The position numbers and the translations under genes are program-made. From the sequence record MF385003.1: a stretch of DNA of 32,000 nucleotides; one strand, given 5' to 3'. Shown here piece by piece: positions 30,939 through 32,000 of this stretch. The notes below the pieces were generated by a model that saw nothing but the letters and a program-made list of their open reading frames with translations, made no database searches and was not told where the DNA came from. Position 1 is the first letter of the stretch. The number at the start of each line of letters is the position of its first letter.

Positions 30939-31355
30939 GTGAGACTAACACAAGGGACTTTTTCCTTCCTTCCTGATCTAACTGACCAACAAATCAATAA
31001 GCAACTTGCTTACATTGTTTCTAGAGGTTGGTCAGCAAACGTTGAATACACAGATGATCCTCATCCAAGAAATTCATACTGGGAATTATGGGGATTACCA
31101 TTATTTGATGTAAAAGATGCATCTGCTGTAATGTATGAAATTAATTCTTGCAGAAAAGCAAAACCTAGCTACTATGTAAAAGTTAACGCTTTTGATAATA
31201 CTAGAGGTGTTGAAAGTTGCTGTATGTCATTCATTGTAAATAGACCTGCTAATGAACCAGGTTTCTTACTGCAACGTCAAGATTTCGAAGGTAGAACAAT
31301 GAAATATACTCTTCATAGCTATGCTACTGAAAAGCCTGAAGGTGCTAGATATTAA
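30939..31355 (+). CDS. rbcS: RuBisCO small subunit, red type
   Basis: 138 aa. MRLTQGTFSFLPDLTDQQINKQLAY... with the long red-type C-terminal extension. GTG start at 30939, 9 nt after GGAG (30926-30929). Confidence 0.97.
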   Translation: MRLTQGTFSFLPDLTDQQINKQLAYIVSRGWSANVEYTDDPHPRNSYWELWGLPLFDVKDASAVMYEINSCRKAKPSYYVKVNAFDNTRGVESCCMSFIVNRPANEPGFLLQRQDFEGRTMKYTLHSYATEKPEGARY

Positions 31356-31388
31356 TTTCTATTAAGAATTAATACTTCTTAATCTACT

Positions 31389-31440
31389 AACCCTCTTTAA
31401 CATCTCAATTAAAAAATTAGTTTTGATTTTAAAGAGGGTT
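31389..31440 (+). terminator. Hairpin between rbcS and cbbX
   Basis: Perfect 12-bp stem AACCCTCTTTAA (31389-31400) with TTAAAGAGGGTT (31429-31440). 28-nt loop. It may be an attenuator or processing structure rather than a full terminator. Confidence 0.45.
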
Positions 31441-31486
31441 CATATTCATGTAAAGAATAGCTAAATAAAAATAAACACACACAGAA

Positions 31487-32000
31487 ATGACGCAATTAAC
31501 TAATATAATTTCTAACGATACTCTTGTAAATTTACAAGAAGAATACGATAAAACACAAATTCAAGAAGTTTTAAATGAACTGAATCAAGAATTAATAGGA
31601 TTAGTCCCTGTAAAAACTCGAATACGCGAAATTGCGGCTTTATTACTAATTGATAGATTGCGTAGAAAACTAGAACTCGTATCCGGTAATCCGGGATTAC
31701 ATATGTCTTTCACTGGTAGCCCTGGGACAGGCAAAACAACTGTTGCAATGAAAATGGCTGATATTTTACATCGACTTGGATATATAAAAAAAGGTCATTT
31801 ATTAACAGTAACAAGAGATGATTTAGTTGGTCAGTATATTGGTCACACAGCTCCAAAAACTAAAGAAGTTCTTAAGCAAGCAATGGGAGGAGTTCTATTT
31901 ATTGATGAAGCTTATTATCTATATAAGGCAGACAATGAAAGAGATTATGGTTCAGAAGCTATTGAAATACTTCTACAGGTAATGGAGAACCAAAGAAATG
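31487..32000 (+). CDS. cbbX: Red-type RuBisCO activase CbbX (5' partial, runs off the window)
   Basis: Not in the ORF track because it is open at the window end. Translates to [62 protein letters not shown]...[17 protein letters not shown]...[11 protein letters not shown] (Walker A and B). Confidence 0.93.
   Translation, partial: MTQLTNIISNDTLVNLQEEYDKTQIQEVLNELNQELIGLVPVKTRIREIAALLLIDRLRRKLELVSGNPGLHMSFTGSPGTGKTTVAMKMADILHRLGYIKKGHLLTVTRDDLVGQYIGHTAPKTKEVLKQAMGGVLFIDEAYYLYKADNERDYGSEAIEILLQVMENQRN

Overview
This window is a gene-dense, AT-rich segment of a red-algal plastid genome, of the Bangiales type (Porphyra/Pyropia-like). Three things support this. First, it has a red-type Form ID rbcL-rbcS-cbbX operon. 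Second, it carries phycobilisome genes (apcD, apcF). Third, it holds genes retained mainly in red-algal plastids: chlL/chlN, fabH, accD, carA, trxA, rne, rbcR, ssrA, ffs and many ycf ORFs. I can support 42 protein genes. Seven are missing from the ORF track because they are short or run off the window: rpl34, psaJ, psbX, psbY, rpl32, petL and a 5' partial cbbX. I also support 6 tRNAs, a tmRNA (ssrA), a plastid SRP RNA (ffs) and a set of intergenic hairpins and repeats. I see no rRNA, introns, CRISPR arrays, transposases, integrases, toxin-antitoxin pairs, restriction-modification genes or other defence or mobile hallmarks. I therefore cannot support a new 'system' in the bacterial-island sense. 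The most interesting leads are single poorly understood ORFs. A ycf56-type ORF has an RNase Z fold in which every HxHxDH metal ligand is substituted, and it sits at the head of a co-directional block ending in rne. A 450-aa ORF has a central region that reads like a two-repeat Tic22 domain. A 58-aa acidic two-Cys ORF lies in the trxA-rpl28 string. ycf55, of unknown function, lies between GUN4-like ycf53 and ycf54. Homology calls rest on my reading of the translated ORFs against remembered family motifs. No searches were run.
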